From the sequence record NC_026927.1: a stretch of DNA of 64,000 nucleotides; one strand, written 5' to 3'. Position numbers and translations under genes: made by a program. How positions within the stretch are numbered: the first letter of the stretch is position 1; the number at the start of each line of letters is the position of its first letter. This document shows, one piece after another, positions 29,353-38,296 of this stretch. The notes beneath the pieces were generated by a model. It ran no database searches. It was given only the letters and a program-made list of their open reading frames with translations, and was not told the origin of the DNA.

Positions 29353-30106
29353 GGGTTATGTTGTTATTGCACTTGGCGATAAGTATGTTCAACTCGCCAA
29401 GAACTTTGAAGATACACTAAGACAAAACGGTGACAATCGTCCTGTTCATGTTGTCACTGAAGACATGATTGATAAGGATAATGATAAGTACAGGGACTGT
29501 GATGTTCCCAACGAAAGGTATAACTGCTACCCCAAACTTCACTTCAATGAGTATGCGATATTTGATCATAGTATCCTAATCGATGCCGATGTTCTGTGCG
29601 TAGGTGATACCCAACACGTTTGGGATATGTGTAAAGAACAGGAACAGTTTATTCTTCACCGTGGGTGGGGACAAGTTACTAAATGGAATAGAGAACTACA
29701 GAAGAAAGTGTGGGACGTTCATGGGTTCGTACCTCCTCGCATTCACGGAGCTTTCTGTTATCTAAGGAAGGCAGATATCAATGAAGACTTCTTTGAATTT
29801 ATCCAAAATAATGTGTGGTTTCAGTATACTGAATGGTGTACGGAAGATGTCAAAGCAAGACATCACAGGTTAAGTAGATCAGACCAGGTGATATATGCTA
29901 TTGGTTATGGTAAGTTTGATCTCATGCCCTGTCAGTTAATGGAAGTCCCTATTATGACTCATATATTGACAGCGGCACACGTTAATCCTCCATACGATAG
30001 AATCACTTTTAAGGATCAAATTGGACCCGATTTACAACATCCAGTGGCATTTGCCCATATCGAACAACTATTTCAGGAGAGCACCCCAGAAAGTTTTCTA
30101 AGGTGA
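29345..30106 (+). CDS. GT-A (GT8-like) glycosyltransferase
   Basis: YVVIALGDKY N-terminus, SILIDADVL DxD motif, SDQ..YAI. Confidence 0.65.
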   Translation: MTEGYVVIALGDKYVQLAKNFEDTLRQNGDNRPVHVVTEDMIDKDNDKYRDCDVPNERYNCYPKLHFNEYAIFDHSILIDADVLCVGDTQHVWDMCKEQEQFILHRGWGQVTKWNRELQKKVWDVHGFVPPRIHGAFCYLRKADINEDFFEFIQNNVWFQYTEWCTEDVKARHHRLSRSDQVIYAIGYGKFDLMPCQLMEVPIMTHILTAAHVNPPYDRITFKDQIGPDLQHPVAFAHIEQLFQESTPESFLR

Positions 30107-30186
30107 CAGTCCACAAACTGGCACACAGGGCTTGGCAACCCTCCAAAAAGGTGCTATACTATCCAAGTAACCAAAGGAAATGATTT
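30102..30186 (+). promoter_or_regulatory. Cassette copy 2
   Basis: GGTGACAGT-CCACAA-ACTGGCACA; TTGGCA..TGCTATACT. Confidence 0.85.
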
Positions 30187-30408
30187 ATGAAACCAGCAGA
30201 AATTCTCTACGAAATGCAATCCATTCGTAAAGTCTGGCATAATAATAATTTCGTTATCAGTCCCGAACTAAACCGTCGCTATTGTGAACTTCTTAAACTC
30301 CGCCGTGAACGAGTTTCTCAATTCTATAAAGAGGGAAGGGTCGCTACAGGATCACAGACCCCCGACCTCAAAGCCCGAGAAGCAGCCAGACAAGCCGAGG
30401 TTGGTTGA
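30187..30408 (+). CDS. Hypothetical protein
   Basis: First ORF after cassette, AAGGA RBS. Confidence 0.7.
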   Translation: MKPAEILYEMQSIRKVWHNNNFVISPELNRRYCELLKLRRERVSQFYKEGRVATGSQTPDLKAREAARQAEVG

Positions 30409-30412
30409 GCCT

Positions 30413-30652
30413 ATGCAGGAACTTCTAGATACTTTCTATACAACCCCCTATGGTGATTTTGCCATTAGAAAGACTCGTTTCGGTGTTCATACCTCATATG
30501 ATCGAGAGGGAACCGATTTGGTGACAGGTTTAGAGTGGATTGACGTATTCACCACCACACCTTGTCACCTACAATGGGAGAAGGAGGGTTACAAACCCCC
30601 CGAAGGTACAGTTCAAGCAACCTATGATAGTGTAGTCTCTGGAAAACTCTAA
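30413..30652 (+). CDS. Hypothetical protein (start refined from 30284)
   Basis: ATG 4 nt after previous stop. Confidence 0.6.
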   Translation: MQELLDTFYTTPYGDFAIRKTRFGVHTSYDREGTDLVTGLEWIDVFTTTPCHLQWEKEGYKPPEGTVQATYDSVVSGKL

Positions 30653-30999
30653 TGGAAGACCGAAAATCACAACTATACAGCATCATGTATGATGCCATCA
30701 GTGAATTAACTGAGCACGAGAGTGCTGAGGATATCTTTGACAATATTGTAGAGTATTTTGCTCTACGTGTTGAAGAAGCCCGTACTGAGGTTGATACTTA
30801 CACGGATATGTTAAACGTATTCCGCAAAGACAACCCAGTGAGAGACGTTCCTAGTGCAGATCCATACAAGAGAACTGAATGGGAACACGCATTTGGTGAT
30901 ATGGATGACATCAATCAAACATACATGCCATCAAACCAACACATCTGGAACGAGTTTCTTAAGAATATCAAATTCACGGACAATCAAGATACTAAATAA
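30652..30999 (+). CDS. Hypothetical protein
   Basis: Coupled ORF. Confidence 0.65.
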   Translation: MEDRKSQLYSIMYDAISELTEHESAEDIFDNIVEYFALRVEEARTEVDTYTDMLNVFRKDNPVRDVPSADPYKRTEWEHAFGDMDDINQTYMPSNQHIWNEFLKNIKFTDNQDTK

Positions 31000-31019
31000 A
31001 CACTATCAGGAGAAAAGAG

Positions 31020-31217
31020 ATGACTACTGACCCAAACGATAAGTACGCTAAGTTCAAAGTACCATTTGGCACTAATGAACATCACGAAGATGATGAATGG
31101 GATCCCACAACTGAGGGTAAAATCTCTGATTGGCACAACCGACATCAAGATAAACTCTTAGATGAGTTTTGTGACACTCACCCAGGCGCACCCCAGTGTA
31201 AGGTGTTTGACGATTAA
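31020..31217 (+). CDS. CP12-like protein (C-terminal Cx8C domain)
   Basis: Ends LDEFCDTHPGAPQCKVFDD, matching the CP12 C-terminal C-x8-C-[RK]-[VI]-[YF]-DD; AGGAG RBS; CTAAATA at 30992. Confidence 0.65.
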   Translation: MTTDPNDKYAKFKVPFGTNEHHEDDEWDPTTEGKISDWHNRHQDKLLDEFCDTHPGAPQCKVFDD

Positions 31218-31265
31218 CAAAGTGGCACAAGACCACTTGACAGTACCACATTATTAGGTTACAGT
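31206..31265 (+). promoter_or_regulatory. Cassette copy 3 (degenerate left arm)
   Basis: TTTGACGAT-TAACAA-AGTGGCACA; TTGACA-17-TACAGT. Confidence 0.7.
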
Positions 31266-31287
31266 ACATTTGTTCAAGAGGTTTCTC

Positions 31288-31458
31288 ATGACTACCGTTG
31301 TTGATTCAGAGGTTATCTTTGCTGACGCTTTCAGTGAAGATGGTATAGACTACGGAACTGGTTATTATGTAACTAAGTTCTATAGCAATGGTATGACCGA
31401 CCTATTTGGACCATACAATTTTGAGGAAGACGCCCTCAATCTTGCCACTGTTTATTGA
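31288..31458 (+). CDS. Hypothetical protein
   Basis: ATG after GAGG; track start 31270 is TTG. Confidence 0.55.
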   Translation: MTTVVDSEVIFADAFSEDGIDYGTGYYVTKFYSNGMTDLFGPYNFEEDALNLATVY

Positions 31459-31474
31459 TTCCTTCCTTTTTATT

Positions 31475-31603
31475 ATGACTTTTGACACCTACGAAGACGA
31501 AAGTATCTTCACTATTCTCGGTATTGCCGAAGAAGGTGAAGAAGAAACAGAAAACCCCTATTCCACTGAGGATACTAAAACACTAAAAGAATATGGCTAT
31601 TGA
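31475..31603 (+). CDS. Small acidic hypothetical protein
   Basis: Refined start MTFDTYEDE. Confidence 0.45.
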   Translation: MTFDTYEDESIFTILGIAEEGEEETENPYSTEDTKTLKEYGY

Positions 31604-31675
31604 TTTCTCGTTCATTCTAGGTTTAGTTTTCATTTGGTTGGGACTAAATATCCGTATAGTGAGAGAGGTGGAATA

Positions 31676-31963
31676 GTGGATTTCAGGGTAACAGTAAGAA
31701 CACACACCGGGGCAGTTAGAGTTGTCGAGGTGAGCAACATGCCGAACGAGGAGGCAGCCAGAGCGGAAGCTGTTGGTATGACTTTCGGTAGGGTTCTGCA
31801 GGTTGAGTGTTTAGATGAGATCCCAGAACAATCCAAACCTAAAAAGAAAAGAGGACCAGTTCAAGAGATTGAACGAGAACTTAGACCAGGTGAAACCGAA
31901 ACAATTGTAACAGGTTACAATAGCAACCCGTTAGCAGTGTTCTTCACTTTAGATGTTTTTTAG
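31676..31963 (+). CDS. Hypothetical protein
   Basis: GTG after GAGGTGG RBS (track start 31634). Confidence 0.55.
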   Translation: MDFRVTVRTHTGAVRVVEVSNMPNEEAARAEAVGMTFGRVLQVECLDEIPEQSKPKKKRGPVQEIERELRPGETETIVTGYNSNPLAVFFTLDVF

Positions 31964-31995
31964 GGGTTGACACACCCCTTTTTTTGTGCTATACT
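31962..31995 (+). promoter_or_regulatory. Sigma70 promoter inside terminator-like hairpin (no palindrome)
   Basis: AGGGG-TTGACACA-CCCCT-T6; TTGACA(31967)-17-TATACT(31990). Confidence 0.8.
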
Positions 31996-32016
31996 TATAC
32001 CAATCGCAGGAGATCA

Positions 32017-32283
32017 ATGGAAGAAAACATGTCGATTTCGACAGAACTTCTAACCAGCATAAACGACGCCATGTATGTTGCCACTAACAACGCAGCTACT
32101 TACATGCACGGTGATAGAGGTGCTGACGCTATGTGTCTCCTAAACGAGTGGACTACAGAGGATGGTGAATGTTTACTCACACAATATGCAAAGGGTGAAG
32201 TATGTGAGCACATGGGAACTTTCATGTTTATCAACCTAGAAGAAGAAACATGGGGTGAGTTTATTATATCCGATGATGAGTAA
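32017..32283 (+). CDS. Hypothetical protein
   Basis: ATG after AGGAG. Confidence 0.65.
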   Translation: MEENMSISTELLTSINDAMYVATNNAATYMHGDRGADAMCLLNEWTTEDGECLLTQYAKGEVCEHMGTFMFINLEEETWGEFIISDDE

Positions 32284-32530
32284 ACTATATACTACAGACA
32301 ATTATTCAGGTACAATGAACCTAACTGAACATCAAAAGATTCAACTCTCACAATTTATTCATGAGTCGTTCTCTACATTCTATGAGGAGGAACTAAAGTT
32401 TCAAGTAGAAACTCTAAAAGATGATGATAAGTTGGATTGGACTTATACAATCACACCAAGAGACTCAGGGGAGATTTATGATAAGGTTCAGGAATTATTC
32501 ACACTGGAAAGGCGTGTGACAGTCGAATAA
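32273..32530 (+). CDS. Hypothetical protein
   Basis: Ends ..RRVTVE* inside cassette 4. Confidence 0.6.
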   Translation: MMSKLYTTDNYSGTMNLTEHQKIQLSQFIHESFSTFYEEELKFQVETLKDDDKLDWTYTITPRDSGEIYDKVQELFTLERRVTVE

Positions 32531-32596
32531 GTGACACAAGGGGGGTTGGCAAACCCCCTTTTTGCTGCCATAATATACTCATACACACAAAGACCC
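32515..32596 (+). promoter_or_regulatory. Cassette copy 4
   Basis: TGTGACAGT-CGAATA-AGTGACACA; TTGGCA..CATAAT. Confidence 0.85.
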
Positions 32597-32725
32597 ATGA
32601 ACGTCCCCAACTGGCAGAAGCACTCCAAGAAAGACCAGAAGGGTCGCGGAGTGAGCAAGGGTCAGATGAGAGCCCGCAAACAGGCTCTACGTGCCCTGAA
32701 GGCAAAGCTCCTTGTGACAGTCTAG
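32597..32725 (+). CDS. Small basic hypothetical protein, 42 aa
   Basis: MNVPNWQKHSKK..RARKQALRALK; starts at cassette ATG. Confidence 0.7.
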   Translation: MNVPNWQKHSKKDQKGRGVSKGQMRARKQALRALKAKLLVTV

Positions 32726-32795
32726 GAAGTGGCACAAGCCCCCTAGGCAAGACCCCCAAACCCTGCTATACTAAACACATACAAAGGAAACCACC
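32713..32795 (+). promoter_or_regulatory. Cassette copy 5
   Basis: TGTGACAGT-CTAGGA-AGTGGCACA. Confidence 0.9.
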
Positions 32796-33206
32796 ATGGC
32801 TCGTCACTCTGAAGTTCTCATCCAAGGCACCGAGGTTCCCGGTCTTCGTATGATCGTAACCGTTCCAGTCGATCACACCTGGGCATCAGAAACCGCCCGT
32901 AGCATCTACGGATTCGGTGGCAACACCCAATACATCTGGCGGAAGTCTTGGGAGACTAACAAACCCGCTCCCCGTGGTGGTGGTGGTTCCCCCTCCTCCT
33001 CTGGCATGGGTCCTGGAGCTATCCTGATGGGGATGATTGGTCTTATCCTGGTTGCTGGTATTGGTTCCGCCTTCGAGGGTAACGACACCCCCTCAGCTCC
33101 TTCCTATGACGCTCCCGCACCTGTTGAGAGGTCATACGTTCCACAGGCACCCGCAGCCTCCTATGACAATGGCCCTTGTCTCACCGCTAACTTCGAACCT
33201 TGTTAA
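32796..33206 (+). CDS. Hypothetical membrane protein
   Basis: One TM segment GAILMGMIGLILVAGIG. Confidence 0.7.
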   Translation: MARHSEVLIQGTEVPGLRMIVTVPVDHTWASETARSIYGFGGNTQYIWRKSWETNKPAPRGGGGSPSSSGMGPGAILMGMIGLILVAGIGSAFEGNDTPSAPSYDAPAPVERSYVPQAPAASYDNGPCLTANFEPC

Positions 33207-33207
33207 T

Positions 33208-33381
33208 ATGAATGACTTTCGCCCCCCGCATCACACCACTACTAAAGAAGAGTGGGAGTTTATTTTCCAAACACAGATACATAACTGCGCCCAACTAAAG
33301 AACACAGAACTCCAACGTTTTGTGTGTGTAGATAGTACGGGCAACAAAACTACCAAATATGTTATAGAATACAATGACTGA
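33208..33381 (+). CDS. Hypothetical protein
   Basis: Refined start MNDFRPP. Confidence 0.55.
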   Translation: MNDFRPPHHTTTKEEWEFIFQTQIHNCAQLKNTELQRFVCVDSTGNKTTKYVIEYND

Positions 33382-33664
33382 AAAAGAAGTAGAGCTACAC
33401 TTTGGGAGTGAGTATGAGGCTGGCATTGACTATGGGGATAGTGATGATTCAGACATTTTAGACTACACCAAAGAAGTAAGTGTCACACTAACCCGTTCAG
33501 ATTGGAATTGGTTTGTTACACTGATGTCAGACTCCGTTAATAAGATGGAGGCTGCAGTTTCTGCACAAGGTATGGATGCTGAGTCCTTCCTTTCTATTGA
33601 TGTTCTTCGCACTATTCGTAATGAAATCGCAACTCAGAGTGGGCTCACTCAATACATTGATTGA
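33374..33664 (+). CDS. Hypothetical protein
   Basis: Coupled ORF. Confidence 0.65.
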   Translation: MTEKEVELHFGSEYEAGIDYGDSDDSDILDYTKEVSVTLTRSDWNWFVTLMSDSVNKMEAAVSAQGMDAESFLSIDVLRTIRNEIATQSGLTQYID

Positions 33665-33665
33665 G

Positions 33666-33938
33666 ATGCCAGTAGTGGCACCTAAAGGTTATCACTATGA
33701 GGCAGTAGAACACAAACAAAACGTAGTGGCTATTTGGTTATGTGGAGGTCCAACATACCTCTACAAGATGGGAGAAACTGCTAGAACTATTCACTCCTTC
33801 TATAATATTAAGAAGAAAACCTGGTATGCACCTATCAACTGCAAGAAGCCAGGTAAGGAGGTATCAGTGGATAAGATACGACCTTACACATCAATGCAAC
33901 TGAACTACAACCCTCTGGAGATGCTACTATATGGCTAA
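33666..33938 (+). CDS. Hypothetical protein
   Basis: Refined start MPVVAPKGYHYE. Confidence 0.65.
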   Translation: MPVVAPKGYHYEAVEHKQNVVAIWLCGGPTYLYKMGETARTIHSFYNIKKKTWYAPINCKKPGKEVSVDKIRPYTSMQLNYNPLEMLLYG

Positions 33939-33973
33939 ATATATGTTATAATATCATAACATATATCACGAAT

Positions 33974-34195
33974 ATGAAGTCCAAAGACCAATACAAGAAA
34001 GAGTTTCAATTCACACTGAATACATCTGATGATAAGATCGCGGAAGAGAATATTCTTCACGATTTCGCCAGAGAGGTTTCAGTTATTGATGCTTTCCTAC
34101 AAGGTGGGAAGGTATCACTAAAGGAGGCAAAACAACGTATCAAAGATGTATACAAAGTGTGGAAGAACTCACTGAAAAACAACAACCAAATGTAA
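33974..34195 (+). CDS. Hypothetical protein
   Basis: TGTTATAAT extended -10 at ~33944 upstream. Confidence 0.6.
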   Translation: MKSKDQYKKEFQFTLNTSDDKIAEENILHDFAREVSVIDAFLQGGKVSLKEAKQRIKDVYKVWKNSLKNNNQM

Positions 34196-34582
34196 ATGGA
34201 ACCTTTCCTGCTAATGGCTGTTGATGTAGCTGAATCTTCACCTTCTAGAAAGAAGGTTGGAGCTGTTCTAATGAATAAGAACAAAGTTATAGCAACAGCC
34301 ACAAATCATGATTGTAAATCACACCCTCTACAAGCAAAGTGGGCAGAACGTGTGGGACTATCTGAAAAGATATATCTACACGCTGAAATGTCAGCAATGA
34401 TCAAAGCTCGTGATGACTCAGACAAAATCGTTGTAGTTAGACTAGGAGGACATTCTGGTCACGAACTACGACAATCTCGTCCTTGTCCTATATGTGAATC
34501 ATACCTGAAACATTCAGGCATTGAACATGTATATTATTCCACTGGGAATAACAAATTTACCTATGAATACTGGGGGAAATGA
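34196..34582 (+). CDS. Zn-dependent cytidine/dCMP deaminase-like protein
   Basis: KVGAVL, LHAE, SRPCPIC. Confidence 0.85.
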   Translation: MEPFLLMAVDVAESSPSRKKVGAVLMNKNKVIATATNHDCKSHPLQAKWAERVGLSEKIYLHAEMSAMIKARDDSDKIVVVRLGGHSGHELRQSRPCPICESYLKHSGIEHVYYSTGNNKFTYEYWGK

Positions 34583-34779
34583 TGGAAACGTTCACAGCAA
34601 CTTGTCCCAAAGACTACGACAGACATCACTATTCAGTTGTCAACAAAGACGGCACGAATAGGATGTTTAGTAGTTGGGAACTCGCACAGAGTTACTGGTG
34701 GCATACTAACAAACTTGGCACACTATCACACATCGATGTGATAGACTATAAAGAACAATCAAGAGGTTTTGGAGCATGA
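34579..34779 (+). CDS. Hypothetical protein
   Basis: Coupled ORF. Confidence 0.6.
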   Translation: MMETFTATCPKDYDRHHYSVVNKDGTNRMFSSWELAQSYWWHTNKLGTLSHIDVIDYKEQSRGFGA

Positions 34780-34994
34780 ACATGTTGGGTAAACAATCAG
34801 AGACTGGGATGAAAGTAACCTTTCTTGGTTATATCCCAGAACAAGTGAAGTTCGCAGGATCTGACACACCAGACAAACTGAATACCACTACAACATATAC
34901 CATTGAACAGGTAAAACGATTCAACTCGTATACCAAGATCAAACTAGTTGGTGATGATCTGTGGTATAATTCAGTTCACTTTAGAGTTACTTAA
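34776..34994 (+). CDS. Hypothetical protein
   Basis: Coupled ORF. Confidence 0.6.
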   Translation: MNMLGKQSETGMKVTFLGYIPEQVKFAGSDTPDKLNTTTTYTIEQVKRFNSYTKIKLVGDDLWYNSVHFRVT

Positions 34995-35194
34995 TGGATA
35001 ACATCTATGGGCGTGAGTATCACAGACATGCTGTTGATTACGCTCTGATGATAGGTGAGTTAGAAGGAACTTACACTCACCTGAAACGAATGTCTTACTT
35101 TGAGGATGCTGCTATCCTTGAAGAAATGAAGAAACGTTACTACAAGATCTACTTCCGTACCTTACGTGAAGAAAGAGAAAAAGCAGAAAACTAA
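34994..35194 (+). CDS. Hypothetical protein
   Basis: Coupled ORF. Confidence 0.6.
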   Translation: MDNIYGREYHRHAVDYALMIGELEGTYTHLKRMSYFEDAAILEEMKKRYYKIYFRTLREEREKAEN

Positions 35195-35212
35195 CCTAAT
35201 TGAGGATTTTGA

Positions 35213-35521
35213 ATGGTGTTAACTTGGACCGACGAAGAGAAAGTAAACCTAACCCGTGCAGAGGTTAGTATTCATGGGGAGAATATCACTCCAGATAAAC
35301 TAGACAACAAAACTCTACCAACAGATATTCATGTCATTGAATATGAGATGGAAGGTGTAACTTACTACGACGCGGTTCGTGCCTACAAAATGGTTAGCAT
35401 CTTTGATGTATATCACGATAAGCTAAAAGGTGGTGGTAAAGTTGTTAGAATCACCAATGGGTATGGTAGCATTAGACCTAACCTGTGGAACAACAATAAG
35501 AGTGAGAAAGGTGATGAGTGA
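35213..35521 (+). CDS. Hypothetical protein
   Basis: GAGG RBS. Confidence 0.65.
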   Translation: MVLTWTDEEKVNLTRAEVSIHGENITPDKLDNKTLPTDIHVIEYEMEGVTYYDAVRAYKMVSIFDVYHDKLKGGGKVVRITNGYGSIRPNLWNNNKSEKGDE

Positions 35522-35693
35522 GAGGAAGGCAGAGGACTGGATTAGTGAGTGGAAAGGAATGAATGATGAGTTCATTGAAGAAGACACTATGTTCAGACTT
35601 GACATTCCTTCCACTGAAAAGACACAAGAATGGATGGATAGAGAACCATTAATCTTAAAAGTAGATCACTCGAAGTATTATTTTGATGACTGA
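35514..35693 (+). CDS. Hypothetical protein
   Basis: Refined start MSERKAEDW. Confidence 0.55.
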   Translation: MSERKAEDWISEWKGMNDEFIEEDTMFRLDIPSTEKTQEWMDREPLILKVDHSKYYFDD

Positions 35694-35889
35694 AGAAGAT
35701 CCAATGATCAACTGGAAACAGAAGATGATGAAACATTGCACCCACGATTGGGAAAAGCAACTATTACGTGAAGGTGCCACATCATCTGTGACAGCAATGG
35801 GTATAATGTCACTAAAGAAACGATACAAAAGGATTATGGGTATTGATGATGATCCAAAGCCACCTGTAGTTCAGCACGCCTCCTATTGA
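35683..35889 (+). CDS. Hypothetical protein
   Basis: Coupled ORF. Confidence 0.6.
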   Translation: MMTEEDPMINWKQKMMKHCTHDWEKQLLREGATSSVTAMGIMSLKKRYKRIMGIDDDPKPPVVQHASY

Positions 35890-35895
35890 CACTTT

Positions 35896-36300
35896 ATGAA
35901 CAAGAACAAGCACAATGAGACTGTAGGATCTACAGTAGAAAGATCAGACGAGAGGATCAAAGACACTGGGGAGGTATTCACTCCCCTAGAACTGTGTCGT
36001 GAGATGGTGAACGAGATCCCTGAATCTACCCTACAAGATCCCAACTCCACCTTTTTAGATAATTCTGCTGGCTGTGGTAACTTCCTCATCGCCCTCAGGG
36101 ACCGGCTATTGGAATATCATGAGTTATCACATATCGTAGACAATATGATCTACTGTGTGGAACTTATGGAGGATAATCATAGGGAAATCTGTAAGACAAT
36201 GGGGGTATCTACCGATCATCCACACTATGTAAGGGCAAATGCACTGGAATACGATTATAGCTTCGGCAACCCCGTTGGGTTGGAAGGTTTCTTCGTGTGA
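35896..36300 (+). CDS. SAM-binding half of an N6-adenine DNA methyltransferase (134 aa)
   Basis: TGEVFTP (motif X), FLDNSAGCGNFL (motif I), YCVELMED; no NPPY. Confidence 0.8.
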   Translation: MNKNKHNETVGSTVERSDERIKDTGEVFTPLELCREMVNEIPESTLQDPNSTFLDNSAGCGNFLIALRDRLLEYHELSHIVDNMIYCVELMEDNHREICKTMGVSTDHPHYVRANALEYDYSFGNPVGLEGFFV

Positions 36301-36379
36301 CACCTGAATAACTGGCACAAGGGGGGTAGACGCCCCCCTGTTTTTGTGCCATAATATATCCATACCTAAGAAACCACCC
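36296..36379 (+). promoter_or_regulatory. Cassette copy 6
   Basis: TGTGACACC-TGAATA-ACTGGCACA; TAGACG..CATAAT. Confidence 0.85.
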
Positions 36380-36982
36380 ATGAGACTCACTCATAAATTT
36401 ACCAGAAGAGCCACAGATGAGGAGAAACTAGCCATTGCATCTGCTGGTTCTCTGTCTGCAATGGTTAAAGTTATTGCTATACTATCGGAGAAGAAAGATC
36501 CCAACAGATATAAACCGGACAATTTTAAGGGTGATGCCTTTGAGTGGTTTGCTGAGTTCTTCTTCAAGACATTTGGTAATGATAATTTCTTCTTAAATGT
36601 GAATGGATATCAACCCATCAAAGGTGCAGATTATGGTGTTGATGGATTTGGCAAGTACTCTAAGGACACTACTAAAACAGTAGCTGTTCAGATTAAATAC
36701 AAATCAAATCTCACTAAGGTATTGTCTTCCGCCGAGGATAATCTTTCCAACTTTGGACTCCACGCTAATGCTAAGTATGGGGTAGAGATTGATGATAAGT
36801 ATTTGATTGTATTCACTTCGGGTAAGGGTATTGCACAAACTACCCAGAAAGGCATCTTTAATGATAAAGTGACTTGTATCAATGGTGAAATTATCAAACG
36901 ATATATTGACACCAATGAATCATTTTGGGAGGAGTTTCAGAAGAGGGCTGTGACAGTTAAGAAAGTGGCACAAGGGGTCTAG
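36380..36982 (+). CDS. PD-(D/E)xK (Mrr-like) restriction endonuclease domain protein
   Basis: GDAFEWFAE, ADYGVDG, VAVQIKY; start refined to cassette ATG. Confidence 0.65.
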   Translation: MRLTHKFTRRATDEEKLAIASAGSLSAMVKVIAILSEKKDPNRYKPDNFKGDAFEWFAEFFFKTFGNDNFFLNVNGYQPIKGADYGVDGFGKYSKDTTKTVAVQIKYKSNLTKVLSSAEDNLSNFGLHANAKYGVEIDDKYLIVFTSGKGIAQTTQKGIFNDKVTCINGEIIKRYIDTNESFWEEFQKRAVTVKKVAQGV

Positions 36983-37030
36983 GCACAACCCCCTCTATAC
37001 CCTATACTATATTCATACCAAAGGAACCCA
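36949..37030 (+). promoter_or_regulatory. Cassette copy 7
   Basis: TGTGACAGT-TAAGAA-AGTGGCACA. Confidence 0.9.
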
Positions 37031-38212
37031 ATGAACCAAAAACTCATCGATCTCACTAATGTTATTCGAGAGAAGTTCAAAGGCGAAAGGCATCGCCCAG
37101 TATCCGAAGATCTCGCAATTCAGATGACAGAGAACATCAACCCTGATGCAATTGTTGGGTTATTTGATGCTGGTTGTGTTATTGCTATTACTCTGATTGC
37201 TAGAGGACATGATCCCGCTAAGATTCATGTGATAGAGAAGTCGCAAGATAAATGTTATAATGAGTTCAGTAAGTCCATGGCAAAGAAGATGGGGTTCAAT
37301 CAAATTGTACCCCCTATGGGTAACCTCAACAGGATTGATATGAAGTTTGATGTAGTTATCGGCAATCCACCCTATCAGCGCGATACTAAAGGTGATCGCG
37401 GTGGCTCCTCCAGCAATCCTCTCTGGTGGGAATTCTCTAACATCGCATTCAATCTTGTTAAGGAAGGTGGTGTTGTTTCTCTCATTACCCCCGACAATAT
37501 TATGAGTGGTGGAGAGCAATTCACTTCCTTACTTATTGGAAACAAAGCAAAGTATGATCTCAAATTGATTGACTTCTCCGCAGATGATCATTTTTCTGTG
37601 GGAATCAAAGTTTGTCGTTGGGTTGCAATAAAGGGCAATCCAACTGGCGAAGCAACTAATAATGGCATTACATTCGATCCAACTAAAGTTGGTGTTGTTT
37701 TTAGTTCCCCCGAATTAAACTCAATCATCACCACTATGTGTGGTTATGAGTCCGATAAGTTAAACTTCAACACTTCCAATCGTTGGGATAAGGCTCCTAT
37801 CACTAACAAAGTTAAGAAACAAGGTAACGATATTGCTCTTGCTGATCTTAAGAATGATTCCTCGGAGTTGTACCCCCACGCTGTTATGAATAACGATAAG
37901 ATTAAGTATTCACATTTTGCATCCAAAGATGTTGGGGTTTGGCGTGTGTTTGTTCCCCAGTTCTCAACAAAGACCAAGTTCTTTGTTGATGATACTATGG
38001 CAGCAACTGCCTCAACATGGACTCATCGATGCAATAGCAAAGAGGAAGCCGAGAAGATCAAAGATATTGTTAGTGATTCTCGTTATGTTTGGATTATTGA
38101 TCAACTGAAAGTTAGCAAGCGTATCTCCTCTTCCATACGTTATCTTCCAATTGTTCCCATTGAAGAAGTCTTGGATGGGGATCAACTAGAGTACATTCAA
38201 TCTCAACTTTGA
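37031..38212 (+). CDS. Eco57I-like amino-methyltransferase with target-recognition region
   Basis: KFDVVIGNPPYQ (motif IV), LWWEF, GVVSLITP; degenerate motif I (GLFDAGC). Confidence 0.8.
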   Translation: MNQKLIDLTNVIREKFKGERHRPVSEDLAIQMTENINPDAIVGLFDAGCVIAITLIARGHDPAKIHVIEKSQDKCYNEFSKSMAKKMGFNQIVPPMGNLNRIDMKFDVVIGNPPYQRDTKGDRGGSSSNPLWWEFSNIAFNLVKEGGVVSLITPDNIMSGGEQFTSLLIGNKAKYDLKLIDFSADDHFSVGIKVCRWVAIKGNPTGEATNNGITFDPTKVGVVFSSPELNSIITTMCGYESDKLNFNTSNRWDKAPITNKVKKQGNDIALADLKNDSSELYPHAVMNNDKIKYSHFASKDVGVWRVFVPQFSTKTKFFVDDTMAATASTWTHRCNSKEEAEKIKDIVSDSRYVWIIDQLKVSKRISSSIRYLPIVPIEEVLDGDQLEYIQSQL

Positions 38213-38296
38213 TGTGACAGTTGGAGAAGTGGCACAAGGGGGCTAGGCAAGCCCCCTTTGTCGTGCTATACTATATTCATACCAAAGGAACCAACC
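38213..38296 (+). promoter_or_regulatory. Cassette copy 8
   Basis: TGTGACAGT-TGGAGA-AGTGGCACA; TAGGCA-17-TATACT. Confidence 0.9.

Noticed and set aside
33670-34725. TGGCAC matches at ~33675 and ~34716
   Set aside because: Inside ORFs with no left arm, -35 or -10
38213-38236. CRP (TGTGA-N6-TCACA), NtcA (GTA-N8-TAC) site or Tn7/CAST transposon end
   Set aside because: Half-site spacing (TGTGA-N14-GCACA) matches none of these; copies are all co-oriented and no transposase is present
38229-38250. Sigma54 promoter (TGGCAC-N5-TTGC)
   Set aside because: TGGCAC is present but the -12 TTGC is not at the required spacing; a sigma70 -35/17/-10 fits all copies
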